A program made the translations under genes and the position numbers. Positions 1-12,048 of a stretch of 53,086 nucleotides of DNA are shown in pieces. This DNA is from Hyphochytrium catenoides. Its lineage: Eukaryota; Protista; Hyphochytriomycota. Each line of letters begins with the position of its first letter. Position 1 is the first letter of the stretch. The DNA lies in the NCBI GenBank assembly GCA_900088475.1, contig FLMG01002566.1:1-53086 (forward strand), written 5' to 3'. The notes under the pieces are model-generated. The model made no database searches and had not been told where the DNA came from. It saw only the letters and a list, made by a program, of their open reading frames with translations.

Positions 1-119
1 AACAGGGTCCCATAAGCTCTTCATACTCACTTCGAGTATATCAGTAGACCACATAATCTAATTAAGAGTGTCTTCAAATCCCATACATTATAACAAGAGC
101 TAGGTGTGTATAGAGAGTG

Positions 120-520
120 ACTACTGTACTACTGACAACGTGACAACGAACTCCTCCGGGAGCGAAGAAGCGGGGAATAGGAGAGCAGCTAACAAGGCAC
201 TAAGTTGCTCATGGCCTACTCTTGACGCTTGTGACGCCTGCAGCTTGTCCAAGTGAAAGCGAGGCTTCCAGGCGGATGGCATTCTCTGGAAGCTCGAAGC
301 AGTCTGCGCCATTGTGCCCCCTTTTCCTCCGGCAGATGCCGCACTGTCTGCTACCACGAGCAGCAGGTTGTTGCTGTCATCGCTGCGCTTCTAATGTTTC
401 CTCTCGTTTACTATCCCTTGCAGCGAGTGCTTTCAGCTCCGAAGAAGAAGGTTGCTGCTCTGGTGAGTGAGAAGAGCTCTGTCTAGATGAACAGATAAAA
501 AGAGACTTGATGATGATTAT
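120..520 (-). mobile_element. Degenerate Ty1/copia gag fragment with zinc knuckle
   Basis: Minus strand ~300-355 reads RGSRQCGICRRKRGHNGADC (CCHC knuckle, CX2CX5HX4C). 165-470 is clearly similar at DNA level to 7325-7615, which lies just upstream of a copia protease. Confidence 0.7.
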
Positions 521-889
521 CTGTCAATTGACTGAATGAGATGTCTCTTGGTGCTCTGTGCGCCTCGTTCGATCCTCCCCTAAACAAAGTCTTTTTGCTC
601 AAAAGAAGAGGCCAGGGAATTCTCCTCACATCTCTCTTCACCAATAACACACTTTACCGGTGCCTATGGAGAGTTATAACTGACAAACGAGCACTCTGTC
701 ACTCAACCCACTCTGGTCTATTTGAAATATTGGGAGGTGTTTGTACGCTTCAGCATTCGAACCCGGACCTCGAGGTTTTTGAGATCGACCGATAACCGAT
801 GCATCATTACACCAACCGCACCCCTGACGGATCCATTCTGATTTATAAACCAGAGGTATTTCCGCCTTTGCATCGTCGTTCGCTGTAAA

Positions 890-2175
890 GTTAGGTTCCA
901 GCGTCGACCGCACATCAATAAAGAGAAGAGGGTTACGTATGTCTTATGCTACGTTGATGATTTCATCATAACTATGAGTAATAAAGAGAAGACAGTACAA
1001 TTGAAGGCATCTCTGTGCACCACCTTCAAATGACTGAGGGGATGTTTCTGCTGAAGTCTGAGGACACAGCTATGTGGAATGTGGACTACAAGCTGGGAAG
1101 CTTATTAGCTACCCAAGTTCCAGCTCCAAACTCCCAGTGGAAGCCGAGATATGTAGCAAACGAAATGTGCCTGTTTATATCTTTGACTAATTATGGTCAG
1201 TACCCTTGAATACCTTAAAAACTGACTGTTGTGGACGAGGATTTCTCTATGCCTGAGTATCCTAGGTTTATTAGGAATACTTGGCATAGCCAGGATAGCT
1301 CTGGATTGTGGGACCCCATTTGGGCTTATAAATAGCGCACTCTCATCTAATGACCATGTCCAATCATCCCATACCAATCCTACTCTATCCTACTGCTCGG
1401 GCCGCCTGGCGGTAAAATAGAAGGGTGGTGCCGCTACTGTTCTCAGCGAAAGTAAGCTAAGTCTATCACCTTGGCGTGGTTCACTGCAAACCTCCACACA
1501 GTCCCCTTTCTCCCTCTTTGGTGGTGGAGAATCCCGTTTTCTCTTCAACGGTAACGGAACTCTGCGAGAACGGCACATGGAGGCACTTGGCAGTGTAATG
1601 TATGCGATGCGGGGTACGAGGCCAGATATTGCTTTTTTTGCTCTTGGACTACTTGTTTGGGCTGTTTGCATCGAAACAGAGTATGGGCGCACTGGAATAT
1701 GATGAAGAAGCACCTACTGGAGTACCTTGAGGCGACGATAGTTAGTTTTAGGAATTATCGCAAAAAGGGTCTATCTCATTTACTTCTGAAAAACTGATTG
1801 GCTTCTAGGATGCGGATTGGGCTAGCGACAAAAGGGGGTTGGAAGAGCACTTACGCTTACGGCTATGTCTACTTCTATGGTGGTGCGGCGTGACATAAAA
1901 AGCCATGAGTTAAGCAACTTGTGCTTGCTCTACTACTCAGGCACAATACATTGGCTGGTCAGAGGCAGCAAAAAGGAGGCGCTGTGGTTGGGCCAGTTAC
2001 TTCGAGACTTGGGGGATTCAAATAGAGAAACCGACGATGATTTACGAAGATATGGGAGGGTATTTCCTGGCTGACAATCATCATTTTGATCATCATAGAT
2101 AGAAACAAGCACATAGAGGTGCGCTACCACTTTGTACGTCACATAGTTGAGAGTAGAGAGTAAAAGTGGAGTTTG
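890..2175 (+). mobile_element. Decayed Ty1/copia RT-RNase H fragment
   Basis: Plus-strand motifs in copia order: YVLCYVDDFII (~938-970), GSVMYAMRGTRPDIAF (~1589-1640), DADWASD (~1809), STTQAQYI..EALWLGQLLRDLG (~1930-2015), KHIEVRYHFVR (~2107-2140). Multiple stops and frameshifts. Confidence 0.85.
1043..1385 (+). repeat. LTR-like repeat, copy 1, lying within the RT fragment
   Basis: gaggacacagctatgtgg..gactacaagctgg (1060-1097) and gctctggattgtgggacccca..ctctcatctaatgac..gtccaatcatcccatac (1299-1375) recur at 2175-2345. Begins TGTT after purine-rich tgagggga. Confidence 0.6.
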
Positions 2176-2345
2176 AGGGCACAGCTATGTGGACTACAAG
2201 CTGGCAAGCTTAACTNNNNNNNNNNNNNNNNNNNNNNNNNNNNNNNNNNNNNNNNNNNGCTCTAGATTATGGGACCCCAGTTGGGCTTATAAGTAGAGCA
2301 CTCTCATCTAATGACATTGTCCAATCATCCCATACAAATCCAACA
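2173..2345 (+). repeat. LTR-like repeat, copy 2 (contains N gap), ending ...CCAACA
   Basis: Matches both ends of 1060-1383, directly follows the RNase H fragment, and ends in a typical LTR terminal CAACA. Confidence 0.6.
2216..2258. other. Assembly gap (N run)
   Basis: 43 N. Confidence 0.99.
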
Positions 2346-4899
2346 GTAAGGAGACTAAAGTAGAGAGCTCTACCGAGGGAAAGCAGTCTAGTTTTGCGGT
2401 GTTACTTTGTGGTTTTGCGGCACCGCAGCGGCAAGGGCGAGGCCAGTAACAGAGCCAAACGAGTGGGAACGTGAAAGTGCTAAAAAACGTTACTGCTGTT
2501 GACGTTCGGCCTTTGTAATAGTCAACTGGAACTCTCTCTCGCACTGTCTCCTTCATATCTTCTGACGTCTTTCTTCTCTCCCGTTACTTCTACTATGTTG
2601 CTACGCATGTTGTACTCTTAGTCCAAGGTCTTTACGGTATAGGCAAGAAGTAGTCTAATAGTGATAGCTGGAAGCAGTTAGAAACTTGAGTAGCTTAGCT
2701 GCTCGAAGAACTCCAGTCAAGGGCTTGATGATGAGCACTTGGTCAGTTTGGTCCCCTTATTGGCGAGCCCGAAGGGCGAAGCTTTTTTGTTTAGGTTTTT
2801 GCGTCAGGCGGTGCAGAATTTTTTTCCGATTTGTTCGTCCGCTTCTGTCTGTCTGTCTGTTCACAGGTAGTAAATCGTACCCCCTGACCAGCACAATTCT
2901 GGGGTTGACGTTAATTCATGATTTGTTTCCAATCACCATTTAGATAAGCTTTCTTGGCTCGAATAAATGTAAGTGCCTCCGTAAATAGGAACATGAAAGG
3001 GGGGTGAAAAGAAGCCAAAAGGACTTTGGAAACAAATGCAAACGTCGTTAATTCTGTGATTGGCCAGTTTTTGTAATCACCAAATAATCAATTCATCGAA
3101 AGCATATTGTTTGTCTTTGGGTTCAGTTCATTCTCAAAAAAAGCCAAAGGGTGTATATGTTGCACGAAAGTGGGCAGGTTTGGATACTGTATAGAAGTAG
3201 TCCAATCGTACTCTAGGAGTTCTTTTTGACGCCGTACTCTGTAGTCGTTGTTCCCCTTTTCCCTATTCCCCATACTATACTGATGAGGAACCAACTCCAC
3301 TCCAACTCCTCCCTGTTGTAGCTGTATTTATATAGCTGTCATTAGACCTACAGGCTACTGTTACAAAACAAATATACCCGGTTACTATTCCAAATAAAAA
3401 CAAATATACGCGGTTATTTTATTCATCAAATCTCAATTTGCTGCGAATAATAGTCTCTAAAAGATGCTCTACTCTAATAATAACGGAGGACTATGGTCTA
3501 ATCTTGCTTGACCAAGTAAAGTACGGTGTACTCCGATTACACCTATCTAAAAGGGCGAGCCCTCAGGCTTGGCTGCTGTATTGATTTATTCATTAATCTC
3601 GTACAAATAGCACACGCTAAACACTACTTCTCAACCAGCACTCAGTCAAAAACAGACCTATCCCATTATTTCGTAGAAATCTCATCAAATCAAGTCCCTT
3701 CGTTATGTCTCATTCAGCGTGTACTCATACAGAAGCTTCAGACAATTACATCAAGCTCTGTAAAATCTCATCAGGTTATGATGGGCCCACACTCGCCTTG
3801 GTGGTAACTGATGCTTCTCTTCTTCTCACTTCAGTTGTTGCTAGTTTGGCAACCTTGTCGCATACATTGACATCGAAGAAGGAAGGCGGAATTTATCCAA
3901 TATCCCAGTCGCTGTTCTACACGGGACGAGTATCCCATATGGTCAAGCCGGGTACGAAGTTTTCTGGATGTATTAGAGCATTAAGGATAAGAGCCAGACT
4001 GCCGATAGCAAAGACCCAGCTCACTGCTGTTGGAATCGGAGACATTCCATTTTCCAACATCGTAACGGATGATTGACGGCAAGGAGATCAAATAGATAAC
4101 ATCAGAGGTCGCTAGCGATACCTCTATGGAGTGTGCTGCAGAGTGTCGTTTGGCCTACGAAGTTTTGGTCTCACCCCCCATCTGTAAAACTACTGTTAGG
4201 ACTTGAAGGCTTCAGAAGACTCTGACACCTACACAAGCATATTAGGGGGTAGGCAGCCGAGATTCTTGTGTAGTTCCAAGCAAGAGCTGCCTCAACTACT
4301 CCTTGCCTTTGGCACAAGCGCACAACGATTTGCTCTGGAAACAACAATAGACAGACTTGCTGAGAGCCTTCCTAGGTTTGCAGAAGAGGTGCAAGTATCA
4401 AGAAGTCAACAGTCATAGTATCGTGACAGAGCCTTTCAGGAGAAGGCTTTCTCTCCTGTCACCTCTTGTCAACAGGTTCCTTCTTCGGTCTGGCTTTGTT
4501 GTCTCTATATGATGCATTTTGTAGTAGGGGTTTTAAAAAGACCCATTTTTCTTTCCTCTGCAAGCCTGCTAAGCATAATGAGAGGTGACTCTCAGTCTCG
4601 CTTTTCTCATCTCACGGAGAACACATTCTCATTGCGGACACAAGCTGCTGTTGTCGCGCTTAGCGAAGACGCACTTGGTCTTGTGTCCTACCTTCACATT
4701 CTCTATAGCTCAAATATCTTCTCGTGACTAGTTCATTCTTCTCAGTTACCTTATATCTCACACTCACCCACAGAGAATTTCACAGAAGAGACGAGCACGA
4801 AGGATTGGAAGAAGATAGGTAGGAAGGCGATCAATAAGTTGGGGGAGTAAAAATCGACTTGACTCTCCCATTGGCTACCTTCTCTTGCAGTACACAGGC

Positions 4900-7750
4900 T
4901 TGACCTCTAGTGACTATCATCAGCTTCTTCAGCTCCGGAGTTGATTTTCTTGTGCAGCAGGGACAGCAAAGCCGATTAGCTGCCGCATGTACATCTGCTC
5001 GTCTCAGTTGCCATTCAGGAAGGCGGTCTTGATATTGACGTGATGCACTTCGAGAGTCAGCGCGGTGGCGAGCGAGGAGAGAAGACAGTGCACAGTGTCC
5101 TGCCCTATCACTGGAGGAAAGACCTTGCAAAGTCAATACCTTGCTTCTGTCGATCGCCCAGAGCGACCAGACGAGCATTGTACTTGTCCAGGAAGCCGTT
5201 GCTATGGAACTTGACCCTAAAGCCAATAGAGAGCTGATGAATGGGCGCCTGGGGATGGCGGCTGGGGGTGGAGGCACTAGATGGTAGACCGCATGAGACT
5301 GCATTATTGATGTAAACTCGGACGTAATGGCGGCTAACAGGCATTCTGTGGCATGGAGTCGACAGAGTGCCTCGCGTACTGTTCTTGGTTCAGAGATATG
5401 TAGAAGGTTAGCCTGGCCTATGGAATGAGATAGAGAGGCTTCCTGTAGCAATTTAGTTACCGCGACGACTACGGGCGATAGGACCGAGCGGAGAAGTAAT
5501 TGTGGCCGGAGAAGAGGGAGAGAAAGCTGCATGATGGTCTTCATTATCTCCCCAAGCTCGCTCGTCTTGAACGTATCACCATCAGCGAGCATGGCTGCTC
5601 TCTGGAGCCCACTCGAGGAAGTCGTTAGTCCCCTCTGTACTTGCTGCCTCAACTGAAGGTGCACTTTGTCCTCCTTGTCTCGCTGCACTTCTTCCTCCAC
5701 CACGTAATTGTCCTGCTTCAGCCGCAGCTGCTTTTTCTCTCAGTAATGGAAACAAAGAGATATAACCTATATGCTGCTGTCTACTGGTCTCCGTGAGCTG
5801 ATATGCACCAGAACCAGACTCGTCGATAACCACATCACGCCCCACAGAGATTTTTGGTCACAAAATCATTTAGTCGATAGCCATGGGTGCCAGAGTCGTA
5901 CCGTACAAAAATGTACCGAGGGATCCGCGCACCAAGCTTCTGCAGCTCCGTCGACGGATTTAGAGCACACGCAAGTGAACCAGAGACGCGTTGGCGACCA
6001 AGATGGGGCCGCTGACCGTACCACTTGTAATAGGAAGTAGAGTATTCAAGAGAGAGGCAGTAGGACAACGATAGATCACCACGTGGTGAAACGCGGCGGC
6101 CAAGGCATATGCCCCAAAAAGCCAGGCAGGTCAGTAGTAATAAGAAGGCATCTCGTCACCTGCATGACAGTCTTCATTTCATCCTTCACAGCATCGGTTG
6201 CTAGAGGGTGAACAAGCAGATGTAGTTGAGTGCAGGATCCCACGGGGAGAGCACACTCGGCAAGCAGCTCTGCTAAGGAGCTCTCCCCCGCGATCAAAGC
6301 GTGTGTTTCCTTAACGCGCTGACCCATCTGCTTCTCCATTAAAAGAATGAGCTCCTCCAACAACTTAGCTTCTACTTCTTCTTTGCTTCGAAAAATTTCA
6401 CAACGCAAAGCACCTCCAAGAGTGCTCATGGAGGACGAGCAGGAGATGTACATAGCCTGGTAGCTACTACGAATATTGACAATGTCAAGTCGGCGTGCAG
6501 AGTTCAACCAGTCTTGCTGTCTTACTACGGGGGTGAGGGTGGTAAGGCTTACGAGTTAGGTTCACAAGAATGCAGGCCTCACAAAGACACAGTAGTTGAG
6601 AAGCTCTATCATCAAGGCTATTCGTCGGAAGTCTAAGGCTAGTAGGAGTTGTCGATATTCTGTATGATTGAGATAATTGACCCGTAAATGGCAGCAGAGG
6701 GTGAGAGGCTCTTTGAGTGGGCTGCTAGTAGAGGCGGCAATGCTTGCAGGAGAAGAGCCACTTGTTCCCTGGGCATCGGTGGTGTGGTTGTGGGAGGAGT
6801 AATAAACCGTTCCACTGGTCAAACCAATACCTTTCAGTTGCTCTTGTGAGGTACTTTACAATGTCCTTGACCAGTGGAGAGCTGAGAGCGTAAGCACCGT
6901 TGGAAGTGAACAGTATTGCTTCATCCGACGAGTCTTGGATGTACTGTCTAACAGAGAAGAGATGCTTAGGAAACCCTGGCGCATAAAGCACACTCGAGGA
7001 TGTAGAGGAGTAGTGGGCTTTATTAGCAGCAGGGATATGTTCACTTTCCTTTCCCCTAACAAAACCTGGCCGGTTGTCCGCACTAAAGAGAGGAAGAGGT
7101 CAATAGGAACGACCGAGAGAAAGAGTGATCGAACTCCGGTAAGGTGACTGGAGCATCCATTGTCTAGCAACCATTTATGGCTGCTTTGGACGTCTTTTTT
7201 TGCCCTTCGCCGCAGCCTGCTGGATAGAAGCTCGGGTAAGGGATTCACCAGGGTCGACAGAAGATTTGCACACTGATTGACTAATCACAATCCACCATTG
7301 TCAACTGATCGATCTATCTGGCGACGAAGAAGGTAGTGGAGGATAGGAGAGCAGCTACGAGGGCACTAAGTTGGTGAGTATTTCCTTTTCCTGACTCCTG
7401 TATCAATGGCAACTTGTCCAAGTGGACGCTAACCTTCCGGCCTGCTGGCCGGCGAGCAGCATTCTCTGCACTCTCAGAGCAGTCTGCGCTGTCATGTCCG
7501 CCATAAGATGCCGCACTGTCTGCTACCCCGCGCAGGTAACAGCTGCTGCTGACTTTGCTGATTTGGTAGTTCTTCCTCCTGCAGAGAAAGCATTCATCTC
7601 CGAAGAAGAAGAAGGTGAAATATCCGGAGAGCGCACAGCTAGGAATTCGAATTCTTCTCTGTTCGTGGCTGCTGCTAGAAGGACAAGAATCAGCCTACGT
7701 GGGATGGATCAACCTGCAGGATAAGATGGACGGAAAGAAGGGGACACCGT
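4900..7750 (-). mobile_element. Decayed Ty1/copia element, gag-PR-INT-RT, truncated within RT
   Basis: Minus strand in order: broken knuckle GSRQCGI../GHDSADC (~7480-7525); protease WLLDNGCSSHLTG (~7135-7175); pre-integrase CHLRVNYLNH; integrase remnants (6070-6500); KLGAR..YIFVRYDSGTHGYRL (~5870-5940); RT EPRTVREAL, KYNARLVALGDRQKQGIDF, EVHHVNIKTAFLNG, MYMRQLIGF. PR-INT-RT order is diagnostic of copia. Confidence 0.9.
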
Positions 7751-8634
7751 TCTCAGGCGCCTTCAAAAGACCAAACTCAAGGTTAGATCCATCCTGAAGG
7801 CACCACCTCTCCTCCGAAGTCTCACCTAAACATTCTGAAGCAGAGGGCAGAGCTCTAACAACAATGACAAAAAAAAAGGAGAAGGAGACCCAGCAGGTCT
7901 TGCTATCTATTAGACAAATCCTGACCTCCTCTATTCTCCTACTAATAGGAAGCCTGCCTTCTCAATTTTTATCCTGTTGGGTCTCCTTCTCCTTCTTTTT
8001 TCTCCTTTTCCAAGATGGATTTCAGAGTGTCTGCCCTCTGCTGCTTCAGAATGGTTAGGTGAGACCTCAGAGAGCTGGTACCTTCTTCAGGATCAAACCT
8101 TCTTTAAATCACTTGAAGGCGCCTGGTTTGTTTATCGTCTTCTTCCGTTTATTCTTCTTCCAGTAGTTCTTCTTGCTCGTCTTCTCTGTGGACCGGAGAG
8201 CCTTACATATGAGCGGGTCTTTGCCATCAGCCATCAGCAGTGTCTGACTCCAATGTGACCAAGCCGATCTTGAACCTTGCATAACAACTTCCTGCCCGGC
8301 TTGACCAGAAGATAGGACACTGGTCCTGCCGTCGTGCAGATGAACTAGAGTTCTATCCCTTCCTCCGTCCAAACCTCTATTTACCTTTACATTTGTACGG
8401 ATCACGTCCATGTCGCTGCAGCTAAGGTTAGGTATCATGCGCCAAGAGTCCGAATATAACGCCTCCTCCAGCAACACTGCAGACGGACTCCTCCTCAGGA
8501 AGAATCTTGTTTACCAAAATTAACGTCTGGGTTGTCTTCATGGCCGTCATTCGCTTATTCTTGTGATTTTGAGCCGAAAATAGCGTTTGCCCCTTTCCCT
8601 TCAGAAAGCGGTTGTGTGGATGCAAGAGACGGCT

Positions 8635-8640
8635 AAAAAA
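8635..8640 (-). terminator. Pol III oligo-T terminator of tRNA-Gln
   Basis: T6 on the minus strand, 4 nt after the discriminator base. Confidence 0.8.
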
Positions 8641-8644
8641 GTGG

Positions 8645-8716
8645 AGGTTCTACCGGGATTTGAACCCGGATCGATGGATTCAGAGTCCATAGTGCTAACC
8701 GTTACACCATAGAACC
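8645..8716 (-). tRNA. tRNA-Gln (anticodon CTG), intronless
   Basis: Reverse complement GGTTCTATGGTGTAACGGTTAGCACTATGGACTCTGAATCCATCGATCCGGGTTCAAATCCCGGTAGAACCT: acceptor stem GGTTCTA/TAGAACC, anticodon stem ATGGA/TCCAT around CT-CTG-AA, A and B boxes intact. Confidence 0.97.
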
Positions 8717-9263
8717 ACTGCTGGGATCTAAGCAGACAGTCTCACCTTATAAACCTCGCAATGTATCGCTGGACAGTTCATTGTGAATCAGATACGATGA
8801 TCTTCTGGCAGCCCAAGCTTTGGCGGCTTCTCATGTCTCATCACACTCTCACGCGAGCTCCTCCTCTTCTTATCTTCGTTGCAGCAGGAGCATTGAGGCG
8901 GATCAGCGAACAGCAGCTCCCTCACTCAACATTCCTCCCGCGTTACCTCTACCTCATCCAACTGTAGAAGGCGCAGGTCCTCTCCTCTCCCTTCCCCAGC
9001 CGCCCGCTCTGCTTCATCCGCAGGCGACGGACTAACCCTGCCCTTAGGCGGCCACCGTCCACACTGCCAACCCCCCAGATCACAGCTCTATTTACTGACG
9101 CGCTCCTCTCCCCTTAACGCTACCCCTCTGCGGCTTCTGCTCAATTTACTTCCTCACGCGACTTGACTTCCAATGCACGCCGTTCCGAGCTAACAAGGAG
9201 GAACATCTTTAGAGCTCATCTGACATACAGCCACATGCTGGAGCTCCAACGACACATCAGAAC

Positions 9264-11362
9264 ATGTGCCTCCAAGGAACTCTCAGAAGAGGGCCTCTTT
9301 GCCACCTCTTCAGGGAGAGATTGCAGGCAGTCCGGCAGGCTTCAACCCAAGCGGGAGCAGGACCCGTCTTTAACCGAGGTGATGTCCTCTAATCCTCTGG
9401 TGATGGATGTTGCACTAACCCTTGCTGTGGACTCCTGGCAGGAGTGAAGCGCCTGCAGAAGCACAGGGCGGCGCTTCGAGCAGATAACGAGGAGTACGAC
9501 TACCTCCGGGACCATGTCGCAGAGAACCTGGCTGGACGTCTGCAGGTAATGGGAGACCTCGGACAGGGGAAGAGAGGTCGAGTTTGAGAGAGAGGAGGGA
9601 GCCAAAAAATTCAGTGCCACCGGGTAAAGGGCAATGGAGTAAGATGGGAAAAAGTAACCCAGCTTGTCTCACTGGTAGGACATATCGCGTTCTTTGCCGA
9701 ACGCTTTGGACGTGGGGAGCTGGAGCGGTAACCTCTATCGCGCGATTAGTGCGCTTCCGGGCCGCGGTGGAATCTCATCCTTAGTCCAGTGCGAGCTGTC
9801 AGGTGGTCGATCAGTTCTTCTGTACTACTCTAACAACTCATTCTTGTTGAGCTCAGTCTGCAGGATCAATCCTATCTAATCTGGCTTGTCTTCACACACA
9901 TCCTCTCTCTAGGTCCCATGCTATACAAAGACGCCCATCGGACCACGCAGGGTGACCGTACGTGCCACCGCTGATGCCTCCCGTTGGGATCAACCTATCT
10001 CATTGCTTTTGCCAAATTCTTAGTACCAACCTCCCGGCTGATAGCCGACGAAGAGTACCTTCCTTTTACTGCAAATAGCTTTGATGTGGTCTTGAGCTCA
10101 ATGAGCCTGCACTGGGCCAACGACCTCGCTGGTTGCCTTGCCCAGGTGCGTACACATGTGGCGCGCAGTTAGCTCGATGTGTTTCCAGATAACCCATGCT
10201 ATCAATCCCCGCTTGGTCACTATCCTATGTGCTCGTAGATAAGGTCATGCTTGAAACCCGATGGGGTGTTCCTTGGGGCATTGCTCGGCGGGGACACGTT
10301 GAAGGAGCTAAGGTTCGTAGTTAATGTTTTCTCAGCAGAAGACCTCATTCTATTTGTTCTCGGGTTTAGGCTACACTTGCCATTCCATTCCACCCTGGAT
10401 GAGAAGTTGATGTCGAAATCGTGCCTCTTGCATTTTAGGACTGCTTTCTTTCTTGCCGAACAAGAGAGGGACGGCGGCTTCTCAATGCACACCTCTCCCA
10501 TGACTACGGTAGCAGAAGTGGGGAACCTGCTACAAGCAGCAGGATTCGCTTTGCCAACAGGTTCAAGAGATGCAGCGGGAGTGGAACAGTTCTCCTTTTT
10601 AATGGTTTAACGCTCGGTCAACACGCTATTCTAAGACTCAAATGAATCTCTGAGTTCAGAGCTGCTGGCAATCAAGAGGTTGGAGGAGTGACAGGAGACG
10701 GCTTTGCTAACTCGTATAATGTGGTGCAGTGGACACGGACCAGATCCAAGTACACTATCAGGACGCCTTCCATCTAATGGAGCACCTCCAGGGGATGGGA
10801 GAGAACAACGCTAATCTAAGGCGCCGCCCATTCACCTCCAGAGATACGATGATGGCCACAGCCGCCGTTTACCAGGTGCCTGCCCTTTCTATTCTCTCAG
10901 CTGACGTTAGCTGGCTCTACAATCAGGGGTTGGTTGGGAGGGTTTGAGAGCCTAAATCGTCCAAACGCTCCCTACGTCTTTCTTTTCTGGCTACAGTCTC
11001 TTCTTGCCTACGTACCCTATGTTGACCAGTTGCGCCTGACCCACCTCCACTCTCAGCAACTCTACGGAGATGACCAAGGGCATGTACCTGCAACCTTCCA
11101 GGTAGGTTCGGATACTAAAAGGCAGAAGCGGAAGTCACCTAGGAGAGAGCCTTGCCACACACAGAAGCCCGTCATCGCGAAGGAATGACGATATTAGCAC
11201 CTCATCACCCCTTCTCCACATCTTTGGTTACTTGAACAGGTGGTGTACATCATAGGATGGAAGCCTCACGCCTCTCAACCAAAGCCATTGAAGCGTGGAT
11301 CTGCCCAGAGGTCTTTGCAGGAAGGAATCTCAGTAAAAATAGACGATAGTGCCATGGAATGA
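9264..11362 (+). CDS. NDUFAF5: Complex I assembly factor NDUFAF5 (SAM-MTase fold arginine hydroxylase), multi-exon
   Basis: Spliced peptide: [149 protein letters not shown]. Arg-rich presequence. Confidence 0.93.
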
Positions 11363-11638
11363 GGGCGGTGCCATGCGGATTTAGGGGTTATCATAATTGC
11401 TAGATCCTCTGCAACGTCGTCGCGATCGCCTCGATGATAAAAGGTGCTGCTGCTTTTGAGCACCAAGAATATAAGAGGCAGCCTGCAGAAAATTTCTTTG
11501 AAGTTTGGCCTTTCTGCGCTGATGAAGGGGGAGAGTCTTTGATGGGCCGCATAACTTCCAAGGATCTGAAAGTCTTATATTGGGAAGGCGAGAAGAGTGG
11601 CTGTGAGAAATGGAGATGGAGAAGGAGCCCTGATCGGC

Positions 11639-12048
11639 CTAATGATGCCCCTCATGGTGTCCTCCTTCGCCGTGGTCCTCGTCCGCATGGCCGTGATGGT
11701 GATCCCAATGCTTCTCAAGTCCCTAATAGAATCATTACCATCAGCACGACGTTTCGAAAGACTGAATACGATAGAAAGGACTTGCACCAAAGGAGATTAG
11801 GAGAGGTGATCCACCAGGCTTACCAGCAAAACCTTGCCATCCTCACTGGCGCGATAGAAAACCCATAGCCAGGCAAGAGTAGCAAAGCCCTGTCCTAGTC
11901 TCTTGTACAATGTAGACGCATGAGGGACATGGAAACCATGGAACACCTCTTGGTGGCCGCCGCCATGTCCAGAGCCATGCCGCCGCTGGACTGCCGGAAC
12001 TCTGCCTGGCGCTCTTCTAGTCAAACTGATCAGTCTTCGTCCCAACAT
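11639..12048 (-). CDS. NDUFB2: Complex I accessory subunit NDUFB2/AGGG, 2 exons (intron ~11724-11822)
   Basis: Presequence MLGRRLISLTRR..RRH, then GSGHGGGH..FHGFHVPH..LGQGFATLAWLWVFYRASEDGKVLL|GLEKHWDHHHGHADEDHGEGGHHEGHH*. Matches the plant/algal AGGG pattern W.WI.YRA..DG...G..HPWD with a His-rich tail. Confidence 0.85.

Noticed and set aside
3705-4076. 123-aa ORF within the TE field
   Set aside because: No gag/pol or host motif recognisable.
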